Numbered from the stretch's first letter, positions 1 to 9,769 are shown. The stretch is DNA of 64,000 nt from Actinomycetota bacterium (GCA_030681835.1 JAUXRN010000075.1:1561-65560); one strand, 5' to 3'. Notes: generated by a model from the sequence alone, not told the origin. A program made the numbers and translations.

Positions 1-888
1 GTGGCGCGGCTGATCACTCCGGGTGGGGGCTCGGACATGGTCATCGGCCCCCGAGGTCGCTACGCCTGGATGAGCGGGAGCAACGGGTCCAAGGTGTTCG
101 CCCTCGACGTGCGCGCCGAGGAGGTCGGCTTCACCGTGAAGCTCGGGGACAGCCAGTCGGCCATCGCGATCTCCCCGGACGGCAGGCTGGTCTACACCAG
201 CCTGTTCGACAGCACGCGCGTCGTCGTCATCAACGCCAGGACGGGCCGGGTGGTCGACCGGATCGCCGTCCACCGCGATGTCGTGAGCCTGGCCGTCAGC
301 CCCGACGGTCGGGAGCTGTACGTCGGGTCCCGTGGCAGCGGGAGCGTGCAGGTCATCGACACCTCGACGCGCAAGGCGGTCGCCGACATCCCGGGCAGCC
401 CGGTTCCGTGGCAGATCCTGTTCAGCCCGGACGGCGCCCGCGCTTACGTCCTCGAGACGTCCTCCGGCACCGTCTTCGCCATCGACACGTCGACGCGGCA
501 GAGGACGGGGCAGGTCGAGGTCGGCAGCGATCCGTTCGCGATGGACATCAGTCCGCTCGGCGACCGGCTGTACGTCGCGGGCAACGAGTCGCAGTCGCTC
601 CGCCTGCTGGACACGGCAAGCCTGCAGGTCCTCACCCGGCTGAAGCTTCCCTTCGAGGCCCGGGACATCGCGGTCGGCCCGGACGGGGACAGGGTCTACC
701 TGGCGACCGATCACCGCGGCGGCAGCGTCGGCGTCGTCGACGCGACGGCCAGCACCGTCATCGGCGCCATCCCCGTGGGCGGCAACTCCCTGTGGAGTCT
801 GGTCGTCACCGCGGATGGCCGGAGGGTCGTCACGAACGACTCGGGGCGGTTCACGTACATCGTCGACGTGTCCGGCTTCGCGGGCTAG
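1..888 (+). CDS. YVTN-type beta-propeller repeat protein (5' end outside window)
   Basis: ORF is open to the window edge. It has repeated ~40-aa units with SPDG-x-x-x-Y motifs (AISPDGRLVYT, AVSPDGRELYV, LFSPDGARAYV, DISPLGDRLYV, AVGPDGDRVYL). Confidence 0.8.
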   Translation: MARLITPGGGSDMVIGPRGRYAWMSGSNGSKVFALDVRAEEVGFTVKLGDSQSAIAISPDGRLVYTSLFDSTRVVVINARTGRVVDRIAVHRDVVSLAVSPDGRELYVGSRGSGSVQVIDTSTRKAVADIPGSPVPWQILFSPDGARAYVLETSSGTVFAIDTSTRQRTGQVEVGSDPFAMDISPLGDRLYVAGNESQSLRLLDTASLQVLTRLKLPFEARDIAVGPDGDRVYLATDHRGGSVGVVDATASTVIGAIPVGGNSLWSLVVTADGRRVVTNDSGRFTYIVDVSGFAG

Positions 889-895
889 CGCGGTC

Positions 896-1903
896 ATGCC
901 ACGCACCGCCGCCCGTCACGCGCTGATCCGTGTCGTGCTCGCCGTCGTCGCCATCGCGTCGCTGGGAGTCGTAGCCGCCGCGTCGGCGCAAGCACGGGTC
1001 CCTCGGGACGACGCCCGCATCGTCGCCAGGATCGCGCCGCCCGGAGGCGCCGCGCACCTCGCCATGGGGCCCAAGGGCCGCTACCTGTGGACGGTGGCGT
1101 CGAAGGCCAACCTGCTCACCCCGATCGAGGTCGCCGACAATTCCGTCGCGACAGGGACGGCCATCCCGCCAGGGCTCCAGAGCGGTGTCGCCCTGGCGAC
1201 CAACGGCCGGACGGCGTACCTCAGCTACTCCTCCAAGCGGATGGTCGCCGTCGTCGACCTCAGGAGCGGGCGGGTCAACGCGCGCATCGACGTCGGACGG
1301 CGCCCCGGAGGTATCGCGGTCAGCCCGGACGGCAGGCAGGTCTACGTGTCCTGCTGGGGCGACCAGTCGGTGTTCGTGATCAGCACGGCCTCGAATCGGG
1401 TCCTCGCCGAGATCCCCGTGCGCGGGCGGCCGGATGCGCTGGCCTTCGCGCCCGACGGCCGGCGGGCGTACGTGGCCAGCCTGTCCGAGGACCTTGTGTC
1501 GGTCATCGACACGAGGTCGCGGCGCGAGGTTGGCATGATCGCCAGCCCGAGCCCGAACGCGCTGGCGGTCAGCCCCGACGGCACCCGGCTGTTCGTGTCA
1601 AGCGTGGTTCCTGATGACCGGCTGTTCGCGATCGACACCACGAGCCTGGTAGCAGTGGCGTCACTGGGCCTGCCCGATCGACCGGAGAGCCTTGTTGTCA
1701 GCCCCGACAGCACCCGCGTGTACCTGGCCATGAAGGGCCTGGGTGTCGTCGATGCGCGCAGCCTGTCCTTCCTGGGCACCATCCCCCTGGACGGCAAGGC
1801 CATGACCCACGTGGCCGTCGGGCCTGACGGCACCCGCGCCTACGCGACGAACGCGGGCAGGTACGTGTATGTGGTCGACGTCGCCGGGTATGCGGGCCCG
1901 TAG
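896..1903 (+). CDS. Secreted YVTN-type beta-propeller repeat protein (tandem paralog of the upstream gene)
   Basis: ATG at 896 gives a signal-peptide-like N-terminus (MPRTAARHALIRVVLAVVAIASLGVVAAASAQA). It has the same SPDG-x-x-x-Y repeat units as the preceding ORF. Confidence 0.8.
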   Translation: MPRTAARHALIRVVLAVVAIASLGVVAAASAQARVPRDDARIVARIAPPGGAAHLAMGPKGRYLWTVASKANLLTPIEVADNSVATGTAIPPGLQSGVALATNGRTAYLSYSSKRMVAVVDLRSGRVNARIDVGRRPGGIAVSPDGRQVYVSCWGDQSVFVISTASNRVLAEIPVRGRPDALAFAPDGRRAYVASLSEDLVSVIDTRSRREVGMIASPSPNALAVSPDGTRLFVSSVVPDDRLFAIDTTSLVAVASLGLPDRPESLVVSPDSTRVYLAMKGLGVVDARSLSFLGTIPLDGKAMTHVAVGPDGTRAYATNAGRYVYVVDVAGYAGP

Positions 1904-1913
1904 TCGCCGACGG

Positions 1914-2711
1914 TCACATCTCCGAGTAGACCCGCGAGGGGTCGTAGCCGTAGCGCTCGGTCCGGGCGGCGCGACGCTGCTGCGCCTCGGCCTCCGACTC
2001 GCGGGCGAACCGCTCGTCCATGTGCGCCGACTCGACCTTCGCGACCGGGTTGCGCTCGAACAGCCACTTCTCCAGCGCCGGGCCTGACTCGAAGGAGTTG
2101 ATCAGGCAGTAGCGAGGCTTGTCGTCGACGTGCCACACCGAATGCCACATGCGCTCGGAGTCGACGATGAGCTGGGCCCCGGCGGGCAGGGCGAGCCGGG
2201 TCTCCGTGCTCGGGTCGTCGATGTCCTCGCGCAGGATCATGTACGAGTCGGGGTTGTCGGTGAGCTGCATGAACGAGCGGATCACCCATCCCTCGCCGTC
2301 GGGGTTGCGGCGGTTGTTGTCGTCGAGGTGCGAGTTGTACAGCGCGTCCGCGTAGGAGTTCGGCTGGAGCTCGATGACGCGGCAGCGGCCCACGCGCGCG
2401 TCGACCTCCTTCACCCGCTGGACGAGCGTCGGCGCCTTGGCCGCTTGCGAGTCGATCCACACGCCGTCCTTGTCGTCCCGCGGCGGGTCGAAGTGCCAGA
2501 AGGCGTTGCACTCGATCTCGCCGGTGGCGCTGGCGATCGGGGCGAACCGGGTGTCGCCCGAGGACTTCCAGTCGACGTACTCCAGCGACATCCACTCCGA
2601 CGGGTCGACGACACGTTCAAAGCGGTCGAGCACGACGTAGCCGGTCTCTTCGAGGATGGGCATGCGGTAGTGCGCCACGGGAACCTCCAGCGGTGATGGG
2701 CTTCCCGCCAT
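1914..2711 (-). CDS. Hypothetical protein, possibly a cupin / Fe(II)-oxygenase-like fold
   Basis: 265-aa ORF with coding-like GC3. An H-x-D (NSHLDD) and a later WHSVWH histidine cluster are reminiscent of a facial triad. The fold assignment is by eye only. Confidence 0.55.
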   Translation of the reverse strand: MAGSPSPLEVPVAHYRMPILEETGYVVLDRFERVVDPSEWMSLEYVDWKSSGDTRFAPIASATGEIECNAFWHFDPPRDDKDGVWIDSQAAKAPTLVQRVKEVDARVGRCRVIELQPNSYADALYNSHLDDNNRRNPDGEGWVIRSFMQLTDNPDSYMILREDIDDPSTETRLALPAGAQLIVDSERMWHSVWHVDDKPRYCLINSFESGPALEKWLFERNPVAKVESAHMDERFARESEAEAQQRRAARTERYGYDPSRVYSEM

Positions 2712-2774
2712 TGTCGCGCCGCGGAAGCGGGGTCCCGCGCGCCGAAGGTCCCGGCGGGACCGGGACCTTGGTCC

Positions 2775-3215
2775 CTATCGGGGACGCGCGCTGCGGCGCA
2801 CGAGGTAGGTGATGATGAGCGCCGCTCCCCAGGGACCCATGACCCAGATGGGCCAGTACGAGGGGAAGGAGCCGGGGTTGGTCAGCCAGGTGGCCCACCA
2901 GATGACGTTGACCAGGACGCTGACGCCGAGCCAGATGGCCCAGGCCTTGCGCATGTCCGGTCCCTCGGCTGCTGCAGCGTCGCCGGCAGCGCCGCTGCCC
3001 GGTACCGGCAGCGCAGCCCGCATGACGGGCATCGACGTGGGCAGGTCGGACGTCAGCGCATCGAGGTCGCCGAAGGTGCGGGCCTGCTGGGCGCGGCCGA
3101 GCCGGTCGGTGAACTCGGCGTCGCTCAGCCGCCCCGCGGCGAAGGCCTCCCGCAGCACCGCGATAACGCGGTCGCGGTCCTCGTCGCCGGCACGCATGCC
3201 GGGGCTGGCCGTCAT
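2775..3215 (-). CDS. DUF1707 (SHOCT-like) domain membrane protein
   Basis: N-terminal RAGDEDRDRVIAVLREAFAAGRLSDAEFTDRL motif is typical of DUF1707. The C-terminus is Trp-rich with two TM helices. The start overlaps the upstream gene's stop (ATGA). Confidence 0.8.
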   Translation of the reverse strand: MTASPGMRAGDEDRDRVIAVLREAFAAGRLSDAEFTDRLGRAQQARTFGDLDALTSDLPTSMPVMRAALPVPGSGAAGDAAAAEGPDMRKAWAIWLGVSVLVNVIWWATWLTNPGSFPSYWPIWVMGPWGAALIITYLVRRSARPR

Positions 3216-4102
3216 GCGCCGAGCCTAGCCGCGACGGCACGCGCCAGCCGGTCGGCGGAGCCGGGCGCGTGGGACAGGAAGAGCGACGGCTCGGCGAGCT
3301 CGAGCTCGAGGAGCATCGGGGCACCCGTCGCGTCCGGGATCAGGTCGACCCGCGCGTACAGCAGGGCGGCCGGGCCCCCGGGGACCGCGGCCAGGGCGGT
3401 CGTAGCGACCGCCAGTTGCGCGGACGTCGCCTCGCGCGGGTCGATCTGCTCCTGGACGAACAGGCCGCCGACCTTCTCCCCCTCGACGTCGCGCTCGAGC
3501 AGCGGTCCCTTGCGGATGGCGTGCGAGAACTCCCCGCCGAGGAAGAGCAGCGCGGTCTCGCCCTCGCTGTCCACGGCGTCGAGGTAGGGCTGGACCATGA
3601 CGGTGCGGCCGTCCGCGACGAGCCGACGGACGTGCTCGCGCGCGGCGCCGAGGTCGCCTTCCGTCGCGTAGCGCACGGTGTCCCGGGAGCCGGCAGAGAC
3701 CGCAGGCTTGACGACGAAGTCACGGGACCCGGCCGGAGGAGCCCAGCCGTCAACGCCATCCCCGGGCTCGATGAAGGCCGTCGGCACGATCGGCACGCCG
3801 GCGTCGGCCAGCACGCGCAGGTAGCGCTTGTCGGTGTTCCACCGCACCACGGCAGGCGGATTGAGCATGCGGCTGACGGAATCGACGTGCTCGAGCCAGG
3901 CCAGGAAGGCATCGCGGACCTCGACGTAGTCCCACGTCTCGCGCAGGACGACGGCGTCGAACGACGACCAGTCGACGGCAGGGTCGTCCCACACCGCAGG
4001 CACGCCGGTGATGCCCAGCGCCGCGAGGGTCGGGATGGCCAGCCGGTCCTCGTCGTCGAGGTTCGGGAAGGCCCGGCAGGTGGCGAGCGCAACGGACGGC
4101 AT
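3212..4102 (-). CDS. ATP-grasp domain protein (RimK / glutathione-synthetase-like)
   Basis: Start placed at ATG 4102, preceded by GGAGAGGAG. It has ATP-grasp-like strands (FVVKPAVSAGSRDT, MVQPYL, LLELELAEPSLF). The longer ORF reaching 4243 is considered run-on. Confidence 0.7.
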   Translation of the reverse strand: MPSVALATCRAFPNLDDEDRLAIPTLAALGITGVPAVWDDPAVDWSSFDAVVLRETWDYVEVRDAFLAWLEHVDSVSRMLNPPAVVRWNTDKRYLRVLADAGVPIVPTAFIEPGDGVDGWAPPAGSRDFVVKPAVSAGSRDTVRYATEGDLGAAREHVRRLVADGRTVMVQPYLDAVDSEGETALLFLGGEFSHAIRKGPLLERDVEGEKVGGLFVQEQIDPREATSAQLAVATTALAAVPGGPAALLYARVDLIPDATGAPMLLELELAEPSLFLSHAPGSADRLARAVAARLGA

Positions 4103-4208
4103 GGGGCTCCTCTCCGAATCGTGCGGCAGACTGGCCGGCATGGCCGCGCGCAAGTATGCCCCGCCCCGGACGTGGGTGCGGGAGGGCGGATCGTGGCCGG
4201 CCGGGCCG

Positions 4209-4448
4209 ATGGCCGACGACGCCCCGCCGTATGCCACGGTCACGGCCGTCGTCGTGGAGCGCTACCTCGCGGCCGCTCAGGGACGCAGCCTGCGGTCGGT
4301 GGCCCGCGCCGCCGGCATCGACCCCACCAGCCTGGGCCGGATGCTGGCCGGCGAGACGGTGCCGGACGTGCACACCGTCGCGGTGCTCGAGCAGGCGCTC
4401 GACGCCGAGCTGTGGCCGCGCTACCCGGATCGTTCAGAGAGACGCTGA
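4209..4448 (+). CDS. Small helix-turn-helix (XRE-like) transcriptional regulator
   Basis: HTH pattern RSLRSVARAAGIDPTSLGRMLAGETVPDVHTV. Divergent from the ATP-grasp gene. The start is uncertain (ATG 4140 or 4209). Confidence 0.55.
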   Translation: MADDAPPYATVTAVVVERYLAAAQGRSLRSVARAAGIDPTSLGRMLAGETVPDVHTVAVLEQALDAELWPRYPDRSERR

Positions 4449-4582
4449 TTGCGCAAGCACGCGCTCGCGGGTCGACGGGGTTGGTCTCCATCCAGTGGAG
4501 GCACTACTCGAATCGCTGAGCAACAGGGGTGGCGCGTCGTTACGAGGCTCCACAGGGACCGCCGCGAGTGCTCTATGCACGC

Positions 4583-4810
4583 TCACGAGCGGCGTCCGCG
4601 ACGCATCCGCTGCTCCGGGTGATCGCGGGCGTACTCGATCTGGGCCTGCAGAGCAGCGTTCGCCAGAAACCTGTGCTCCAGCTCCGAGATGACGACCGCA
4701 GGCTCGAGGACCAGTGTTCCATCGTCCTCCTCGTGAACGAGGTACTGCCTATCCGGTTGCCCGACGGTGATGCGTCCCCGCAGATCCGCAGTCACCAGCC
4801 TTGCTGTCAT
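4583..4810 (-). CDS. AbrB/MazE/SpoVT-like small DNA-binding protein (orphan antitoxin-like)
   Basis: 75-aa ORF. The N-terminal RGRITVGQPDRQYLV resembles the swapped-hairpin AbrB/SpoVT motif. No adjacent toxin ORF was recognised. Confidence 0.45.
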   Translation of the reverse strand: MTARLVTADLRGRITVGQPDRQYLVHEEDDGTLVLEPAVVISELEHRFLANAALQAQIEYARDHPEQRMRRGRRS

Positions 4811-4867
4811 GGGTACCCCTTCGTCACGGACTCTGTCCGCGAGGAGCTTGCGGGCATGGCCACGACG

Positions 4868-5272
4868 TTACTCGCTGATCGTCACGGTGACCGTGCGCGT
4901 GCGTCCGTCGCCGTAGGAGATCGTCAGCACGGCCGTGCCCGGGGCGAGGACCTTGCCGCCTGGGTTGAAGGCCGCGCCGCCCTCCTCCTCGTAGGCCTGG
5001 GAGACCTCGATGAGCGAGGGGTCGTCGACCGTGACCTCGACGGCACCGAGCTCGTTGTCACTCACGAGGATGTCGAGGAAGTCGCCGACCTTGGCCTGCG
5101 CCTCGGCCTGGTCGGATTGGATGATGACGGGCGGCAGTGCCTGCGCGCTGGCCGTGGCCTCGGCGGACGAGGGTGACTCGGTCGGGCTCGATGACGACGA
5201 GCAGCCGGCGAGCAGGGCCAGGCCGAGGGCGGCCGAGGCGGCGATGGCCGCGGTGCGTCGGGCGGTGATCAT
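4868..5272 (-). CDS. Lipoprotein, unknown function
   Basis: ATG at 5272 is preceded by a GGGAG-type RBS. Lipobox LALLAGC is followed by a Ser-rich linker. The long ORF extending to 6238 is antisense run-on. Confidence 0.75.
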   Translation of the reverse strand: MITARRTAAIAASAALGLALLAGCSSSSSPTESPSSAEATASAQALPPVIIQSDQAEAQAKVGDFLDILVSDNELGAVEVTVDDPSLIEVSQAYEEEGGAAFNPGGKVLAPGTAVLTISYGDGRTRTVTVTISE

Positions 5273-5327
5273 GGGGTCTCCCTCGTTCGTCGGCCCGGGC
5301 ACGTCCCGTACCGCATGGTCTGACGCA

Positions 5328-6749
5328 TCACGGGGTGGCTGGGTTGCCGAGGTCGCCCGTCGCGTACCCGACCATCGCCGCCCGGCGCTCGCGCAGCAGC
5401 CCTGCCACCGCGGGGCGCGGAGTGAACGCCTCGGCATCGTCGGCGCGCATCGGCGGGGCGGCTCGGCCCGCGGCCAGCAGGCCCGCGCCCGCCACCGACG
5501 CGTCCGGCGCCTCCGCCGGCACCAGGGCAAGCCCGGTCGCATCGGCCAGCAGTTGCCGGAAGGCCGGGTCGTGGGTGCCGCCGCCGACCAGCGGCACGAG
5601 GTCCGGCAGCGTTGGACCCGCCTCCTGGACGGCGTCGACCGCCAGCGCGACCGCCTGGGCGACCCCCTCCAGCACGCTGCGCAGTAGGGCGGCCCGGTCG
5701 GTGGACAGGCCCTGCCGATGCCAGGCCCCGCGCAGGCCTGCCTGCATGAACGGCGTGCGCTCGCCCGCGAGGAACGGCACGAACACCGGATCGTCGGCGT
5801 GGACCCCGTCACGCAAGGCAGCGGAGGCCTCGCCGATCGAGGCCCCCAGCCACTCGAGGACCGTGGCGAGGACGAGCCCCGCGCTCTGCACCGCGCCCAG
5901 CCGGTACCAGCCGGAGCCGGGCGGGCCCGCCGTCGCGAGGGTGTGGGTCCGCAGCGTGGGGTCGCCAATGGCGGTGGGCAGCACGCGGACGACCTGCGCC
6001 CCGGTGCCCACGGCGACGAAGCCACCGTCCGCCCCCAGGCCGAGGCCGGCCAACGCGCAGGCCGTGTCGGCGCCTCCGGCGACCACGGGCCAGTCGCGGC
6101 CGGCCAGCCGGACGGTGCCGCAGGGCTCGCCGGACCCGACGATCGTCGGAAGCACCGCGGGGTCGAGGCCCAGCCAGTCGAGCACCGTCGCGGACCACGT
6201 GCCGCTGGCAACGTCGGCCATGAGGGTGCCGCTCGCATCGCTCGGGTCGGTGGCGACGGCCCCGCCGAGCATCGCCCGCAGCCAGTCCTTGGGCTGCAGG
6301 ACGTAGCGCGCCCGTCCCATCACCTCCGGCTCGTGACGGGCCAGCCAGGCCAGGGTCGTCGCCGCGAGTCCGGGGACCGCGGGGGACCCTAGCCGCGCAA
6401 GGGCCTGGGGCCCGAGGGCGTCGGACATCTCGCGAGCCTGCTCGGCGGCGCGGGTGTCGGCCCACAGGATCGCCGGCCGCAGCGGGACGAGGTCCTCGTC
6501 CACCACGACGACGCCGTGCATCTGCCCGCAGATCCCGACCGCGGTCGGCCGCTGCACGAGCCCCGACAGCGCGCTCTCGGCCACCGCACGGGTGGCGGCC
6601 AGCCAATCGCGGGGGTCCGCCTCGGCCCAGCCCGGCCGCGGCGACCGCGCCCGGTAGGGATGGCTGGCCCGGGACGCCACGCGGCCGTCGGCGTCCACGA
6701 TCGCCGCCTTGACCGAGCCCGTGCCCAGGTCGATTCCCAGGGTGGTCAC
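5328..6749 (-). CDS. FGGY-family carbohydrate kinase (xylulokinase-like)
   Basis: GTG 6749 is preceded by CAGGAGGTG. It has the N-terminal LGIDLGTGSVKAAIV motif and the C-terminal GGGTHDPAFRQLLADATG motif typical of FGGY kinases. Confidence 0.85.
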   Translation of the reverse strand: MTTLGIDLGTGSVKAAIVDADGRVASRASHPYRARSPRPGWAEADPRDWLAATRAVAESALSGLVQRPTAVGICGQMHGVVVVDEDLVPLRPAILWADTRAAEQAREMSDALGPQALARLGSPAVPGLAATTLAWLARHEPEVMGRARYVLQPKDWLRAMLGGAVATDPSDASGTLMADVASGTWSATVLDWLGLDPAVLPTIVGSGEPCGTVRLAGRDWPVVAGGADTACALAGLGLGADGGFVAVGTGAQVVRVLPTAIGDPTLRTHTLATAGPPGSGWYRLGAVQSAGLVLATVLEWLGASIGEASAALRDGVHADDPVFVPFLAGERTPFMQAGLRGAWHRQGLSTDRAALLRSVLEGVAQAVALAVDAVQEAGPTLPDLVPLVGGGTHDPAFRQLLADATGLALVPAEAPDASVAGAGLLAAGRAAPPMRADDAEAFTPRPAVAGLLRERRAAMVGYATGDLGNPATP

Positions 6750-6782
6750 CGCACCTCCTGCACGCCTGAGAGTATCGACCGC

Positions 6783-7706
6783 ATGACCGGGTGCGTCGTC
6801 GTCGTCGGGAGCCTCAACGTCGACCTCGTCGTCACCGTCGACCGGATGCCCGACCCGGGCGAGACGGTGCTCGGCACGTCGGTGCAGCAGCACGCCGGCG
6901 GCAAGGGCCTCAACCAGGCCGTGGCCGCGGCCAGGCTCGGTGCCGACGTGCACATGGTCGGCGCGCTGGGCACGGATGCCTCCGGTGAGTGGCTGCGCAG
7001 CGTCGTCGTCGGCGAGGGCATCGACGACTCGGCCCTGCTCGCGGTCGACGGCCCGTCGGGCACGGCGCTGATCGAGGTGGACGGCGCCGGTGCCAACCGC
7101 ATCGTCGTCGTGCCCGGCAGCAACGGCCTGCTCACCGCGGACGACGTCGACCGGGCGTTCGCGGCGATCGACGGTGTCGGCGTCGTGCTGGCCCAGGGGG
7201 AGGTGCCACCCGCCGCGGTCGCTGCCGCCATGCGTGCCGGGCGCGCTGCGGGGGCCGTCACGATCCTCAATCCCGCGCCGCCGCACCAGTACCCGGAGGA
7301 GGTGTACGCCGACGTCGACTACATCGTGCCCAACGAGCACGAGGCCGCGCACCTCACCGGCGACCCCACCGGGACTCTGGCGGATGCCACGGGTGCGGCA
7401 CGCGCGCTGGTGGACCTCGGGGTCGGCTGCGCCATCATCACCCGAGGCGCCCGCGGCGCGATCTGGGCCAACTCGTCGACGACGGGCACGAGCGGGGCCA
7501 TCCCCGTCAAGACCATCGACACGGTGGCGGCGGGCGACGCCTACTGCGGGGCGTTCGCGTCGGCGCTCGCGCAGGGACTCGGCATGGGCGAGGCCATGCG
7601 CTGGGCCAGCGGCGCGGGTGCGCTGGCCACCACCATCAGGGGCGCGGTGCCGTCGCTGCCGCGGCTGGAGGACCTGGAGAACCTGCTGGAGCCGCAGCCG
7701 CGCTAG
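6783..7706 (+). CDS. rbsK: Ribokinase (PfkB family)
   Basis: Motifs VVVVGSLNVDL and GGKGLNQAVAAARLG, plus the PfkB signature DTVAAGDAYCGAF. Divergent from the FGGY kinase, with a ~33-bp spacer. Confidence 0.85.
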   Translation: MTGCVVVVGSLNVDLVVTVDRMPDPGETVLGTSVQQHAGGKGLNQAVAAARLGADVHMVGALGTDASGEWLRSVVVGEGIDDSALLAVDGPSGTALIEVDGAGANRIVVVPGSNGLLTADDVDRAFAAIDGVGVVLAQGEVPPAAVAAAMRAGRAAGAVTILNPAPPHQYPEEVYADVDYIVPNEHEAAHLTGDPTGTLADATGAARALVDLGVGCAIITRGARGAIWANSSTTGTSGAIPVKTIDTVAAGDAYCGAFASALAQGLGMGEAMRWASGAGALATTIRGAVPSLPRLEDLENLLEPQPR

Positions 7707-7725
7707 CGGTCCGGCGAGCCCTGAG

Positions 7726-9678
7726 TCAGCGGGGGCTGGGCAGTGGGGTCGTGATGCTCACGCCGTTGCGCGTCACGGTGACCCCGTTGGCGTCGATCGT
7801 CACGGGCACCGACTCGCCGTCGAGCCGGGGCACGAGCACGGTGACCAGCACCTGGCTGTCGCCACGCGCACTGAGCGGCACGGCGCGGGACAGGACCGCG
7901 CTGGGCAGCTTCTCGCCCCAGGCCCCGGTGTGCCAGGCGATCGACGAGCCGTTGCGTGCCGTCTGCACGTTCCAGCCGCCCGGGCCGGACTTGTAGACGT
8001 CGAGCCGCTTGTCTCCGGCGAGAAGGGTGACGACGTCGTTGACGTTCTGCGCGCCCACGCCCGGCGTGAGCTGCCAGCGCTCGGTGAGCACCCGCGTCGC
8101 CGCCGCACGCTGAGCAGCCGCTCCCTTGATCTTGGTCGCGGTCACGTAGTCGACGACGATGAAGGCGTCGATCGACCGCACGTAGGCGGTGCACCGGATC
8201 ACGCCGACGCTGCCCCAGGTGCGGTCGTCGAGGCAGGTCAGGTCGTTTCCGCCGAGCGTCCAGTCCGACATCGAGTTGAGCTTGCGGACGCCCGCCTTCG
8301 TGTTGCGGGCCACGTTGCTCACCGTGACGGAGGAGTGCGCCGCGCGCGACCGGATGAAGCTGCGCAGCGCGCTGCCGTTCTCGTAGCGGTACGGGCCGGG
8401 GTCGCCGAACCAGCTGACCCCGCGGGAGTAGTAGGTGAGCGAGGCGCCGTCGTCATGCGCATGCGCCGTCGCGGGGCGGGCCGACGAGAAGCGCAGCGAG
8501 TAGAAGGTGTCGGGGCCGCCGGGCTGCGGGTTCCAGCCGGCCCGGCCGAAGACGTACCCGCCGCTAAAGGCGGTGTAGACGGGCGTGGGCGGCGTGCCGC
8601 TCTGGCCTGCCGTGCGGATCCACTCGGCCCGCCAGTCGCCGAGGCCGAATGTGCCGCGCAGCGACTGCACGATCGTGTCGCCCAGTGACTCGAGCTTGAA
8701 GTCGGGACGGACCGCCTGCGCGACGAACTGGTACAGCAGCCCGCGCAGCGTCGGGATCGGCTCGGCCGGGATCCCGCAGGTCGCGGCTGCCGCCTCCACG
8801 TTCTTGAGCAGCTTCTCGATGTACCTGGCGTAGCCGGGCGAGCCCTCGACGTCGGAGCCGTCCTCCTGGATCACGCCGCGCGCGACGGCCACGGTGTTGG
8901 TCCACGCCCGGTCGCGCTGCGGCACGTTGCCGGTCCAGCAGTACGCGGCGAGGGCACCGACCTGGCGCAGCAGGTCGGTGTTGTTCGTGCCGATGCCGAT
9001 CGTCCGGTTGGCCCAGAACGAGTTGACCATGCGCGCGGCATCGTCGAGCGCGGCGTTGATGAGCACGGGCTCGTTCAGGGTCTGCGCGGCGCAGACCAGG
9101 GTCTGCGTGCGCAGGCCGCCGTAGATCGAGGCGTTGACCCAGTAGGAGCGGCTGCGCTTGTTGTCGTCGATCCAGTAGTACAGGAGCTGGCGGAAGCGCT
9201 CGACGAGGACGGGGTTCTGCTTGTGCACGCCGCGGTAGAGCAGCGGCAGGGCCCAGTCCAGGGAGTTGATGTGCCGGTCGCCGGACGTGTCCGTGCCGGA
9301 CTGCGGCCGCCAGTTGGGCCTGGCGCTCAGGTAATAGGTGCCGCCGTTGCCCATGTCGACCTTGCCGGCCATGAGCTCCTGGGCCTTGCGCTTCTCCACG
9401 CGCGGCTTCTGCGACGGGAAGAGGGTCTCGCACCACGAGCCGAGCGCCGCGGGCATCACCAGCGGCGGCGGGGCTGCCGGATCAGGTGCCGGAGGAGCGG
9501 GCGGGGCCGGCACGGGGACGGTCGGGTCGGGGGTGGCGCTCGGCGTCGGGCTCGGCGTGGGTGCCGGGTCCTCGGCCGATGCCGGCGCGCTGGCGAGCAG
9601 GAGGGCGAGCGACGTCACGCCGGCGACCACGACGGTCAGGCCGGCGGTCCGCGTGCGGGCTCGCCTCGTTCGCAACAT
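7726..9678 (-). CDS. Secreted heparinase II/III-family polysaccharide lyase-like protein
   Basis: It has a signal peptide and a Pro-rich linker. The C-terminal region HAHDDGASLTYYSRGVSWFGDPGPYRY is typical of the heparinase II/III C-terminal domain. Confidence 0.75.
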   Translation of the reverse strand: MLRTRRARTRTAGLTVVVAGVTSLALLLASAPASAEDPAPTPSPTPSATPDPTVPVPAPPAPPAPDPAAPPPLVMPAALGSWCETLFPSQKPRVEKRKAQELMAGKVDMGNGGTYYLSARPNWRPQSGTDTSGDRHINSLDWALPLLYRGVHKQNPVLVERFRQLLYYWIDDNKRSRSYWVNASIYGGLRTQTLVCAAQTLNEPVLINAALDDAARMVNSFWANRTIGIGTNNTDLLRQVGALAAYCWTGNVPQRDRAWTNTVAVARGVIQEDGSDVEGSPGYARYIEKLLKNVEAAAATCGIPAEPIPTLRGLLYQFVAQAVRPDFKLESLGDTIVQSLRGTFGLGDWRAEWIRTAGQSGTPPTPVYTAFSGGYVFGRAGWNPQPGGPDTFYSLRFSSARPATAHAHDDGASLTYYSRGVSWFGDPGPYRYENGSALRSFIRSRAAHSSVTVSNVARNTKAGVRKLNSMSDWTLGGNDLTCLDDRTWGSVGVIRCTAYVRSIDAFIVVDYVTATKIKGAAAQRAAATRVLTERWQLTPGVGAQNVNDVVTLLAGDKRLDVYKSGPGGWNVQTARNGSSIAWHTGAWGEKLPSAVLSRAVPLSARGDSQVLVTVLVPRLDGESVPVTIDANGVTVTRNGVSITTPLPSPR

Positions 9679-9769
9679 CCGTCACATCATGACCCGAGAC
9701 CGCGGCTGCGCCCAAATCTGGCCACGCCGGCGGGCATGCGACGGCACCCGAGCAGGCATAGACACAAAC

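Noticed and set aside
5328-7352. 674-aa minus-strand ORF extending far upstream of the FGGY kinase
   Set aside because: The upstream part is antisense to the well-supported ribokinase gene and has an Arg/Gly/Asp-rich run-on composition typical of high-GC non-coding frames. GTG 6749, with a CAGGAGG RBS and the LGIDLGTGSVK N-terminus, is the real start.
7090-8688. 532-aa plus-strand ORF (and similar long ORFs at 6989-7996 and 8564-9436)
   Set aside because: They overlap the ribokinase and heparinase-family genes in other frames or antisense. The Arg/Pro/Ala-rich low-complexity translation is typical of spurious ORFs in >70% GC DNA.
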